In this document: positions 35,392 through 46,654 of the stretch, piece after piece
How the letters are laid out: every line of letters starts with the position of its first letter
Position numbering within the stretch: the stretch's first letter is position 1
Assembly (NCBI GenBank): GCA_013239625.1
Contig: MU053629.1
Location: 4,801,567-4,865,566, forward strand
Reading direction: 5' to 3'
From: Lama guanicoe
Lineage: Eukaryota
Length of the DNA: 64,000 nt
The notes under the pieces: generated by a model
Database searches by the model: none
The model's input: the letters and a program-made list of their open reading frames with translations, nothing else
Told to the model about the DNA's origin: nothing
Program-made: the position numbers and the translations under genes

Positions 35392-35850
35392 TTTTTTTAA
35401 ATTGAAGTACAGTCGATTTACAATGTTGTGTTAATTTCTGGTGTACAGCAGAGTGATTCAGTTATACATATATATTCCTTTTCGTATTCTTTTTTATTAT
35501 AGGCTATTATGTATTGAATATAGTTCCCTGTGCTGTACAGCAGGACCTTGTTGTTCACCTATTTTATGTATAGTGGTTAGTCTCTGCAAATCCAGAATTC
35601 TCAATTTATCCCTCCCCATCCCCTTTCTTCCTGGTAACCGTAAGCTTGTTCTCTGTCTGTGAGTCTATTTCTGTTTGGTAAATAAGTTCATTTGTGTCAT
35701 TTTTTCACATTCCACATACAAGTGATATCATATCTTTATTTCTCTTTCTGGCTTATTTTTTCTTTCTTTTTCTTTCTCTTTCTGGCTTCACTTAGTATGA
35801 CGATCTCCAGGTCCATCCATGTTGCTGCAAATGGCATGATTTCATTCAAA
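35392..35850 (-). mobile_element. L1 3' end (cetartiodactyl type)
   Basis: TTTTTAAATTGAAGTACAGTCGATTTACAATG...TCTCCAGGTCCATCCATGTTGCTGCAAATGGC. Confidence 0.8.
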
Positions 35851-37497
35851 AATGTATCACTAGAAATGAAAAGTAAGTCTCTTGTGCACCCCTGTCCTGC
35901 AGTTACTCATGACTTCTCCCAAGAGAGGCAGCCATGGCTCCAGTTTCTTGTGTTTCCCTCCAGGAATATTCTATGTACTCAATGAATTTTCAGGATCGAT
36001 GCATGTGTGTATGTGTGTGTGTATGTATGTATGTATGCATGTATATAGGTTAGGCTGGATAAAACAGAAGGTCACTATCCCAGCTTAACCAAGGGGGAAT
36101 TTCTGCTTCTCACCAACAGGAAGTCTCTCGATGGTCTTGGAGGCAGGCAGTCAAGGCCAGGCAGCATCTTCACGACATCATTGCCATCGTCTTGCTATTT
36201 TCCATCTTTCTGCTCGGTCAAACTCAACATGTGGTTTTCGCTCATCCCACCTTCACGCTCACCTCTGTATTTCACTCATCAAGAAGAAGCAGGAAGAAAG
36301 AGGGAAAAGTGATGCCTGTACTAAAGCAAAAACGTTCCCAGAGGTCTCCGGCTGCCTTCCATTCGTAGCTCATTGGCCACAGTGGTGTCACATGGCCATT
36401 TGGAGGGAGCCTGGGGAGTGGAATGTTTTATCCCTGCCCACTGTCACTCTCAACAAAATGCCTCCTGCTAAAGAAGGGCAGCATAATTGCAAACTATGTC
36501 TGTCAATCCTACTTTGATTTTTTCACTTAACTGATTCAGTGTGCTTTTTTCTCATTAGAATAGATGTTCACTGTCAGTTAGATTCACTTGTTGATTTATT
36601 CATTTAACAAATAAGAATGTATTGTTTACTTATGTGACAGAGACTTCTTCCAATATCCGTTTCTGCTGTTTTTAGAACCACTGATTTTTAGATGACACGG
36701 GACTGCCCAGCAGCCTTTCAGTGAGATGCGGCTGTAAGACTGAGTCCCGGTGTGTGGGGTGAGAGCCCAAATGACACATGCCACTGGCAGGTCCTGCTTC
36801 TGAAGGAAGCACATGTGCCTTCCTCTTCCTCTGTTTCCCTTCCTGCTGGCTACATTGCAGACTTTCTGGGGTTCCGTTGTGCAGATGGAGATGCTGTGTG
36901 TAAATGTACAAACTAACTAATGCCCCCGTGAATGGGCAGGATGCTGAGTTAGCAGCACAGGATACAAAAAAATGGTAAAAATTAATGTTGTACCTTGGAG
37001 GGCCTCAAAATCTCCTGGGGAAGACCAGTGGGTAAACGAATAATCTTTGAAGTCATATGGTCGCTGCTGGGGTCGGCCAGGGACCTCTGGAGCCCAGCAA
37101 ATCCAGTTGTCTGACATCCCCCATCCATCCATCTGTGCGGCTCCTAGCCATTCATCCGTTCAGTCACTTACCTACTTTTCCATAGATCAGTTCATCTACC
37201 ATCCACCCATTTCGTCCTTCCATTCAGTCATCACTCCCTCCCACATAGCTCATGAGGACCCTGCAGTTATTTTTTTGTAGAGAGTCATGCAAAACCTATT
37301 CTGATGGACTTTTCTTAGATTCAGGCCAGCCTGATGGCACTTTTTATCACCATTTTAACAGGTACGGAGATCATCACACACATGCAATATCCTGATGAAA
37401 TTTCATATTTCAGTCACACTATAAATGCTTATTTGTGCACATTTTTAGATGTTTATAGATAATAAAAATTAAGTAGTCACTAGATAGTCTTTTTCAA

Positions 37498-38005
37498 CTA
37501 ATAGACTGTATTTGTTTTTAGAGCAGTTTCAGGTTTACAGCAGAATTGGGCAGAAAATACAGAGAGTTCGCACATGGCCCCCCACACACACATATACACT
37601 CCCCTACCCTCAGCATCCCTCATTAGTGTGGCATATTTGGTACAATTGATGAACCAACATGGACACATTATCATCAATCAAAGTCCACAATTTACATTAG
37701 GGTCCACTCTTGATGTTGTACATTCTATGGGTTTTGACAAATGCATAATGGCATGTGGCCACCACTATAGTATCATACAGAATCATTTCATAACCCTAAA
37801 AAATCCCTTGTGCTCCATCTGTTCATCCCTTCCTCCCTCCCTCTCCCCAAACCCCTGGAAACCACAATCTTTTTATTGTTTCTGTAGCTGTGCCTTTTCC
37901 ACAATGTCATTTGGTTGGAATCGTATAGCTTGTAGCCTTTTCAGACTGGCTTCTTTCATTTAGTAATACGTCTTTTAAGTTTTGGCTTGATAGCTCACTT
38001 CTTTT
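37498..38005 (-). mobile_element. L1MC/MB-type 3' end
   Basis: AATAGACTGTATTTGTTTTTAGAGCAGTTTCAGGTTTACAG..., homologous to 41712-42510 and, in opposite orientation, to 30385-30915. Confidence 0.8.
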
Positions 38006-39111
38006 CTTTTTTTTTTTAACTGCACATATTTTTTATTTACATATATGTACTGTTCATCGTTTCTAAGAATGTTTAGAGCTTTAGCTTTTTAAACTTACAT
38101 AGTTAACTAGATAGTCTTTTTCAAGCAGTCTCCCCCACCTCCCCAGCCCTCCCACTTCCCGTGAGACGGATGTGACACCCACTCACATCACAGCCAACCC
38201 TGGGAAAATGTAGGGAGCGAGGAGGGACAAATTCGGTGTTTGCTGTAATCATCTGTGATGCTCTAACACTAAGGGCTATCCGTAGCTGTGTGGTCCCCTC
38301 ATTTTCGAGAGCAAGGGTGAGCTGAGTGACAGATGAAGGAGGCAGAGGCTTCATTCATCTCCTGGGGATGCAACTCATATCCATCCTTCTCTTTCTCACT
38401 TAAGTCATTTGAACACATTTTTAAAAATTCCTCTTAATAATAAAGAGGAAACCAAGGATGCAGATTATAGCAAGAACATAATCAAGGGATGGAATTTTCT
38501 GTTTCATTTAATGAGCAAATAGAGCTGTTGTTAAGAAATAAAATAGTTCACATACTGCCCCTATTAACAAATATTAAATGTGATTTGTCAAAAGTGCTTT
38601 AAATTTAATTGGTTAAAAACATTGAATGCCAAACTTGAAAGAAATCACACGTAACCAGTTAAGTCTAGTAATGATGGAGCTGAACCATCAGGGGTGGGGG
38701 AATGGCGGTGGTGGGACAGGGAGAAGAGCCAGGTGGGGGGACGGAAGGGAGGGAGGGGTGAGATTTTTCTTTTTGAAATCTAAAGAGCCCTGTAGAAATT
38801 CTGTCCTGTTCTTGGTACTGCAAAGTCAAATGAGGCGATGCTGCAAAAGATGTTACCGGGGGAATACGGTATGCCAAACATCGAGTAAATAGCACGGATA
38901 AGAAATGTGTGTTCCTCCAAGGGGTGGTGGTCACAGTGGGTTCGATGCGCCAGGGAAGCTACCCTTCCCTCTTCTACCTCTCCTTCCCCCCTGTTCCAGG
39001 CACTTGAGGACACAGGGAGGAAGAAAACAGAGAAATCTCTACCCTCAAGGAATTTGCACTCCAGTGGGGCAAGACAGACAATAAACAAACTAAATAAAAA
39101 GAACAGAGTGT

Positions 39112-39212
39112 AGGGAGCAGTCATATAGCTCAGTGGTAGAGTGTGTATGCTTAGCATGCATGAGGTGCTGGGTTCAAGCCCCAGTATCTCCATTTAACAT
39201 GACAATAATAAT
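39112..39212 (+). mobile_element. Vic-1-like SINE
   Basis: TATAGCTCAGTGGTAGAG (A box) and GGGTTCAAGCCCC (B box). Confidence 0.85.
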
Positions 39213-40199
39213 CGAGTGTATAGGACAGTGAAATGTGCTATGGAAAGAAGCAAACAGGGAAAAGGAATCAGGACTATTGTCAGGGCAGAGTTGAAATTTG
39301 GTGGTCAGGGAAGGCCCTGCAAGGATGGGGACTTGAGTAAAAACTGCAGGAGGTGAGGGAGGAAGCTGTGCAGGTAACCAGAGGGAGCAGATGTGCAGAG
39401 CAGTTACTCAGTGGCTATTTGTATGCCCGCTTGACAACAGCAGCAGCATGTGGCTATCTGCCAAACCATCTTCAACAAACCTTTAACGCCTACTGCAAAA
39501 AATGAGATGGCTTCCCTCCCAGGAGGTGGTCAGTTGAAGGGACATGGGTCATAGGTTACAGAGAAGCAACAGCAACATTTGCATTTTGAAAGGAAGCAGC
39601 CCCTTAACCTAAAAGGGGGTGATAGGAGTCCAATAACAACTTCCAGTCAGCGTGATGGAGGAATTGGAGAGGGAAGGGAACGTGATGGTAACAGGACAGG
39701 CAGATTTTGCTACCGGGCACTGCTTCGTTCACAGCCTAGCGGGGCAGCTGACCTGCCCTCTGCAGAGATTCTGGGTGGAGATGTTTCCGCGGGTACAAGG
39801 CGGGTACAAGGCAGCTGGGCTCCTGGAGGTGGGACACCAGGAGCAGCTCCCCAGCTGGTATTAGGGATCATCTGAGACTCATTACACTCTCCAAAGCTCC
39901 TCAGATTACCAGGCAAAGTTGCCTCTGGCAATGTTTAGAGAAAGGCCTGTCCTTCCAGGCTGACCTCTGTAATCAGCCTCTGGAGGAGTCTGCCTGCCTA
40001 TAAAACACAACGGGACAACAGCTAAGCAGTTCTGGGGCTCTGGCTTCACAATAAATGAGTTCCATCTCCTAGAACCAGAGTGATCTCCCAGTGCCTCGAT
40101 TCTTTCATCCCTAAAATGGGAGCAATAATAGTAGCACTTATCTTATTGGGTGTTGTGAGAATCACCCTCGACTGGTGATGACTATCATTACTCAGTGTT

Positions 40200-40347
40200 T
40201 TATTTTTATTTTTATTTTTATTTTTGGGGGGGAGGAGATGCAATTAGGTTAATTTTATTTATTTCTTTAACAAAGGTATTGGAGATTAACCCAGGACCTG
40301 GTACATGCTAAGCACACACTCTACCACTGAGCTATACCCTCTCCACC
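40200..40347 (-). mobile_element. Vic-1-like SINE
   Basis: Reverse A/B boxes. TSD ATCATTACT(C/T)AGTGTT at 40184-40199 and 40348-40363. Confidence 0.88.
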
Positions 40348-40884
40348 ATCATTACTTAGTGTTAATTATTATTAGTAGCAATACCTCCTCAGAATTATTG
40401 CATGGATTGCAATATGTCCAAATAAACAGATTTTAAGGGCCCCCTGAGACTGGCAGCAGAGAGACAGTATCTATGGAAGTTAAGAGTGGAGGATCTCCCC
40501 CTGACTGCCTGGGTTTGCATCCTGGATGGCCACTTCGGAGCTTTGTGCCCTTGGACAAGTTACTTAACCTGCCTGAGCTGCTTCTTCCTCATCTTTACAG
40601 TGAAAATAATAATAATAATGCACATTACACTACCTGGAAGGAGGCTGGGCCAGGCTTTCTACACCAGAGCATCTGTTCTGTCCAAAGGGCCTGGCAGTGC
40701 GGGAATATTCACTAATAGAATGCTATGGATCCTATGATACTTCTAGAATAGCAGTAGGATAATTATGTTATATTCACAGCACCTACGTCAAAGGGTTACG
40801 AGGAATGAGCCTCGTAGAGGGCTTTATCTTATGCCAGCGCCTGTCAATCACTATGTGCCGGTATCATTATTATTCCCATTTTGT

Positions 40885-41445
40885 AGCTGCGGACATTGAG
40901 GCCCAGAGCAGGGAAGAGTCCCGACGCCAGGGGCGCGCAGCTAGTCGTGGCGCGGCCGGCGCTGGAATCCAGGGGAGCCCCGCAGCTGCCCGGCCCGGGA
41001 ACTAGGCGACTCCCCTCCCTCCCCACCCCGGAAGGCACCCTGGGAACGGAAAGCTGGCCGCACTCCAAGTCCCAGGGGCCCCGGAGCCCCGGAGCCCCGC
41101 CCCCGCTCCCCCCTCCCCCAGCCCCAGAACAAAGTGCACCCGGGCCGCGGGAACATTCCAGCCCGCGGAAGGCCAGGCGGGGCGGCGGCGGCAGCGCCCC
41201 GGGGCCCAGCCCCGCGGTGGCCCTGCCCGGCGCCCGCCCGGCCTCCGCGCCAGCCAGCCGAGTGTGCAGACGCAATTGCACCGGAGGAATTCTCCCTTCT
41301 CCTCCCCGAGCGCCCCGGCACCGGCCTGCAAAGGCCAGGGCCGCGCCGGGCGGGGCGGATGCCGAGCCGGGCGCTGGTCCCCGCGGGCGCCGAGCCGGAG
41401 CCGAGGTCTCCCCGGCTCGCGGGCGCTCGGGGCCTCCCTGCCTCA
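40885..41445. promoter_or_regulatory. Orphan CpG island
   Basis: About 560 bp of very high GC/CpG sequence among repeats, with no recognisable coding exon. Confidence 0.8.
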
Positions 41446-41499
41446 CTTAACTTCTCCATAAGAAACTAACGCATGCTTTTGTTAAAAAAAAAAAAAAAA

Positions 41500-41531
41500 N
41501 NNNNNNNNNNNNNNNNNNNNNNNNNNNNNNN
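41500..41531. other. Assembly gap (32 N) inside a poly(A) run; a second gap of 14 N lies at 41794-41807
   Basis: N characters in the sequence. Confidence 1.
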
Positions 41532-41711
41532 AAAAAAAAAAAAAAAAAAACAGGACAAGTAGAACTAGGAGAAAGCTCTCCGTTAATCCTACCACTCAGA
41601 CAACTGCTATTAATTTGAGTTACGTCTTTGCAGACTTTTCTATGCACAAAAACACACTTGTATACGGGCATGAAAAGGATCATGCTATTTTTGTTTTGGT
41701 TTGTTTTAAGC

Positions 41712-42512
41712 AATAGACTTTAGTTTTTAGAGCAGTTTTAGGTTTACAGAAAACTGAAGAGAGCAGAGTTCCTCTGTACTACCCCTCCCCTTCNNNNNNN
41801 NNNNNNNCCACCCCCTCCCCACCCCCTCCCCATCCTGAGTTTTCCACTATTAGTAACTATTAGTGTGGTACTTTTGTGACGATTGATGGACCACTATTGA
41901 TACACTTTTTTTTGTCCTTTTTTGGAGGGGGGTAATTAGACTTGTTTATTGATTAATTATTATTATTATTTTAATTTAACAGATGTACTGGGGATGGAAC
42001 CCATGATCTGCATGCTAAGCATGCACTCTACCCACTGAGCTATACCCTCCCCCCTTGATACACTATTATTAACTCAAGTCCCCAGCTTATTTAAGGTTCA
42101 CTCTTTGTGCTGTAAAGTTCAAAGTTTTGATAAATGCGTAACGTCATGTATCCACCATTACAGTATCATAGGAATGGTTTTACTACCCTAAAAACCCTGA
42201 GTGCTCCCCCAGGACCTCTTGCGGACACTGATCTTTTTCACTGTTTCTCTAGTTTTGCCTTTTCCAGAATGTCATGCGGTTGGAATCCCACAGTAAGGAG
42301 CCTTTTCAGGCCGGCTTCTTTCACCAAACAATATTCTTTTAAGTTTCCTTCATGTCTTTTCGTGGGTTAATCGCTCATTTCTTTTTATCGCTGAATAATA
42401 TTCCTTTGTATGAATGTACCACAGTTTATCTGTTCACCTCTGGAAGGACATCTTGGTTGCCTCCAGTTTGGGGCAATTATAAATAGGCTGCTATAAACAT
42501 TCATGTGCAGCT
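41712..42512 (-). mobile_element. L1MC/MB-type 3' end, interrupted by a SINE
   Basis: Homologous to 37498-38005. Confidence 0.8.
41907..42054 (-). mobile_element. Vic-1-like SINE
   Basis: Reverse A/B boxes. TSD TTGATACACT at 41897-41906 and 42055-42064. Confidence 0.88.
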
Positions 42513-43270
42513 TTTATTATACTGTTTTCTAGCTTGTTTTTTCCCAAGGGTTAGGGTTAGGGTTAGGCTTGTGGTATTATAAATATAGATATATATCATC
42601 ATTTTAAATGGCTACATAAAATTCTATTACAGTTTGACCAGCTCCTTTGTCGAACATATAGATTGTTATCTTTGATTCTAGCCTCATAAACCTGCCCTAA
42701 CTAGTTGGTCTACACTTTACAGTATGTTGTAGTTAAGGCTTAGATTCATTAGTCCTGTATTCAAATCCCAGACACTCCCCCTATTTATTGAGTAACCCTG
42801 GGCCAAGTTTTTAATTTCCTATGACTTGGTAAAATCTGTGAAATAGAAATAGTAGTTGTACTTACTGTGCAGATGAAACGAGCTGATGCATGTAAAGTGT
42901 TTGGAACAGTTTAGAACCTGGTGCATTAAACCCATAATAAAATTCAGCTCTTACAATTTTTTATCTATTGCCCACCTACTGAGTGTCCCGAGCTAGGCAT
43001 TGTGGAAGTTTTCAAACAGTAAGTTATATGTGTACTCTTACCCTCAGGGAACTTTCATTCAGCTCTTGGTGGGGCAGGGGATAACTCAAAGCAGAGTAAT
43101 ACAAATTCTTAATGTTATTCACGGTGCCAGGCACTGTTCTGGAGGCTGGGAGAAGCTGGGCTGGCCTTTGAACAGAGGTCTGGTTCTAACTACCACACCG
43201 CCCTGTCTCTCTGTACTGTATAAGTCCAATACAAAATCTGAAGAAGGTGGGTCCTAAGAAAGTGGAGATG

Positions 43271-43382
43271 GGGGTTGGTGGAGGGTAGAGCTCAGTGGTA
43301 GAGCGCATGCCCAGTATGCAGGAGGTCCTGGGTTCAATCACCAGTACCTCTTAATTACTGCGTTCATCACTCCCTCCTAAAA
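43271..43382 (+). mobile_element. Vic-1-like SINE
   Basis: A/B boxes. Perfect TSD AAGAAAGTGGAGATG at 43256-43270 and 43383-43397. Confidence 0.9.
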
Positions 43383-44468
43383 AAGAAAGTGGAGATGAAG
43401 TGTGGGAATTCAAGGGACCCACTGATGGCTTTCAGCTAGGCATACCAGGGAAGGCTTTATGTTAAAATCCATGCCTTTAACACCTGAAGAGTTTCTCAAC
43501 ACCAAGCACTGGATGAATAAAGAGGCAAATAAAACCAATGGGGAGGGTATAATCTTGTGGGAGAGACAGGGTACAAAGTCAACAAGCAAATGTCAAATGA
43601 CAGGTTGTGACAAAAGCCACAAAGGAAATGCAGGCCGCCATGACGGGCGCAGGAGGGCGTAACAGGGACAGAACCTTAGTCAGGGTGGTTGGGGAAGGGG
43701 CCTGGAAGGAGGCGACTTTGAAACACTGAGGACTATCGGGCGAGGAACCAGCCACACAAGGAGTTGCGTGGACTATTATAGCGGCACGAACGAGCAAAGG
43801 CGTGGCGCTCGAAGGGGGTTTTTGTTGTGTTCTGAACTTTGTCAGAAGCCAGTGTGGGAGGAGCTCAGGGAGCAAGGGAAAATGGCTAGAGATAGAGTTG
43901 CCAAGTAGAAATGGACCCGTTTCTAAGAACTTTCCAACTTAACTTCTGAGAGTGGCTGGGAGCCAAGAACAAGACCATGGCCACCCACTCTGTGTGCACC
44001 TGTAACGGACCAGGCTCCGTACTGGGCTGTTCACGCAGTAGTGTACTTGACCTTTCCAACAACTTTACAGGTGAGGAGACTGAGGCTTGAGTTTTCCTCC
44101 GGGTGCAAAGGGAAACCAGCGAAAGGTTTTAAGCAAGGCAGTCGCATGGCTGGGTTGATAACAAGATAACAAGATCCAGCTGGCTGCTCTGTGGGACGTG
44201 GCGGCTGCAGGTTTGCAAAGGGAGGAACAGAGGGATCAGGGAAGAGACTCCTGCACTCAGCCGGGTGAGAGAGAGTGGCGATTTGGCTAGTGAGACGCCT
44301 GTGGACAGAGAGCAAGCTGGATCGATTTGAGCCATTTGAGGTTGAGAGAAGATGTTCATGAGCTGAATAGATAAAGAGAGGAAGGAAGCTGGTATGCGCT
44401 CATTTTAAATGGTTCAGATAATTCGGGAGATTATAAAGAAGAAACAATGTAAAATTCTCTGAAATCTA

Positions 44469-44515
44469 CCAGAAATTAACATAACATTGTAAACTGACTA
44501 TACTTCAATTAAAAA
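44469..44515 (+). mobile_element. Extremely 5'-truncated L1 tail
   Basis: CCAGAAATTAACATAACATTGTAAACTGACTATACTTCAATT(A)n, with TSD AAAATTCTCTGA(A/C)ATCTA at 44451-44468 and 44516-44533. Confidence 0.8.
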
Positions 44516-46654
44516 AAAATTCTCTGACATCTAATTTCCCAGAGAGAACTACTATTAACTTCTACTGGAACACCTTTCCGGACATCTTTCTATATCCAAA
44601 TAGAGTAAATAAACAGGCTCTTTCAGTTGTAAACGACAAAGATCCACTGAAGCTAACTTACGTAACAAGGATTTTGCTGTGAGGAACCAGGGGTGTCTCC
44701 TAGAATTGCCAACCACTCAAGCTTCATGGGACCTGGAAGTTATACAGAAAGCAGGAACTTTGGTAACTCTCTTTTCTCTGCCTCTCTCTGCCTGCCTGCT
44801 CTGGTCGTCTCAGTCTTCGGGTTGACTCATCTGGATGTGCACACACCTGCCACGGCTTCCTTCCCTGACTTTGTATCTGTTCCCCCAGTTCCAGTGTCTA
44901 ATGAGGATAAGTTGACATCACTCAGCCATGGATCCCACTTCCTGGGAGAGGAGATGGGATCCAATGCCCTAGTGATGAGATGGTCCCTCTTTTGTAACAT
45001 GGAGAGAGGCCATGGGTACAGATGCAGGTCGGCTGTTTAGTGGCGGGAAGATGAGGTAGTTCCCCAGATTGCTTCTTTTATCTCAAGAAAGTGAGTGAGG
45101 TTGTCGGCCGAGAGGCTGAGAGTAAAGTGGAGACAGGTATGGGAGGTTTCTTAAAAGACAGGAAGAGATGAAATAGTCTTCTCTGAAAGTGGGGGTGTGA
45201 ATTTATGAAGATTAGTGCTGATGGCCCACTTGAGGTTTGTGGTCATGAATTTAAAGAGAGATTACTGGGCACAGCTGTGTTTTCCTCCAGCCACATCTAG
45301 CGGCTCAGGTGTGGGTGTGAGTTGCAGGGGATTAGCTTTTAGTGTTTTTCAGGGCAATGAGATGAGGAAAAGAGGGGCAAGGCATGGTTAAAGTGATGGA
45401 TTGTGAAATCTAAAGGGGTAATAAAGAAAGTGAGGAGACAAGTTAAGAGATGGGCTGTGGAAATGTTGGGGAGTCTCCCTGGGGTTGAAGAAATGAGTCA
45501 GGATACAAGAGAAAGAGAGCTGGAAAGATTGGAAGGGGTGGCGGAAGAGTGGGATGCTGGAAACTGATTTAAAGGGAGTGGGAGTGCTGTTAAGGATGGT
45601 CTAGAGCACGACCTTGGCTGTGGGAGGATGCGGGGCATGGAGGGCAAGAGAGTTGGAGGTGAAGAAATCGGGAACCTGAGTAGGCAGCCTCTAACCTCGC
45701 CCCCCGGGGATTCTCACCTGACAGCATTCACAGCCCTTGTGTAGTCCCTCCCACATTCAATGGAGCTGATCTGTGTAACTAATGACCATGTATGATTTTC
45801 AAGGCTAGGCTGCGAAAGACTCTGCCTTGCCCTTTCTTGGGAGAAGCCAGCCACCCCTCAAGACACCCATGTGGTGAGCACCAACCAACGCTAACTTGCC
45901 AGGCGTGTTTGTGAGCCACCTTGGAAGCCAGCCCTCCGATGACGGGGGCAGCTCCAGCCCAGTGACCGCAGGCAGCTTCATCAGAGAGTCTGAGTCAGAG
46001 CCACTGGTCTGAGGGGCTCCCGAGTCCTTGATCCAGAGGAAGGGTGGGATCATAAGTGCTCATTGTTTAATGTTTTGTGGTAATTTGTTACACAATAGAT
46101 AAGTAACACAGAACCTGAAAAGATAGGGTGCTGTGGGTCTGTGGCGGATGTTGGCTGAAATCACCAAGGATGGTCAGGAACTGATGGTGGAGAAAGAGGC
46201 TGAGAGCCAGGCCCTAGAATCTTCAGGGAATGAGGCAGAGTAGCCGGGAGGCTGGTGAAGGCATCAGTAAGAATAGCGATGGGTCTATTCTAAGGATACA
46301 ATTTCAGGGGAAAGGGGGTTTGTAGAGAAAAGGAAGGGTAATTAGCCTAGCAAACGCAAAGAAGGGCAAGGAGGACCCCCCACCCCTGCAGCCCACCTCT
46401 GGGCAGGTGTAGGGGAAAAACCAGCTGCTACACGAGTGGGCTGCAAAAACAATGTCCTCAGGCAGAACCAGGTTTTAGTGCAAGCAAGAAGGGAAAATGA
46501 ATGTTTGCAAAAGAGGTTGAGCATTTAAGGCATTTTGCTGAGGGTGGGCGCGGAGGTCCAGGGTCATAGTGGAAGAACAGGGGAAACAGGAAGGGTGGGA
46601 AATTGGATTAGATTAAGAGATGTGAGTAAGGGTCTGCGTAATGATGGGTGCCCC

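Noticed and set aside
40844..41469. 170-200 aa ORFs in the orphan CpG island
   Set aside because: Low-complexity GC artefacts in several frames, with no known homology or clear splice structure.
39112..43382. tRNA genes at the A/B-box sequences
   Set aside because: Divergent copies with AT-rich tails and TSDs are SINEs, with no convincing intact cloverleaf.
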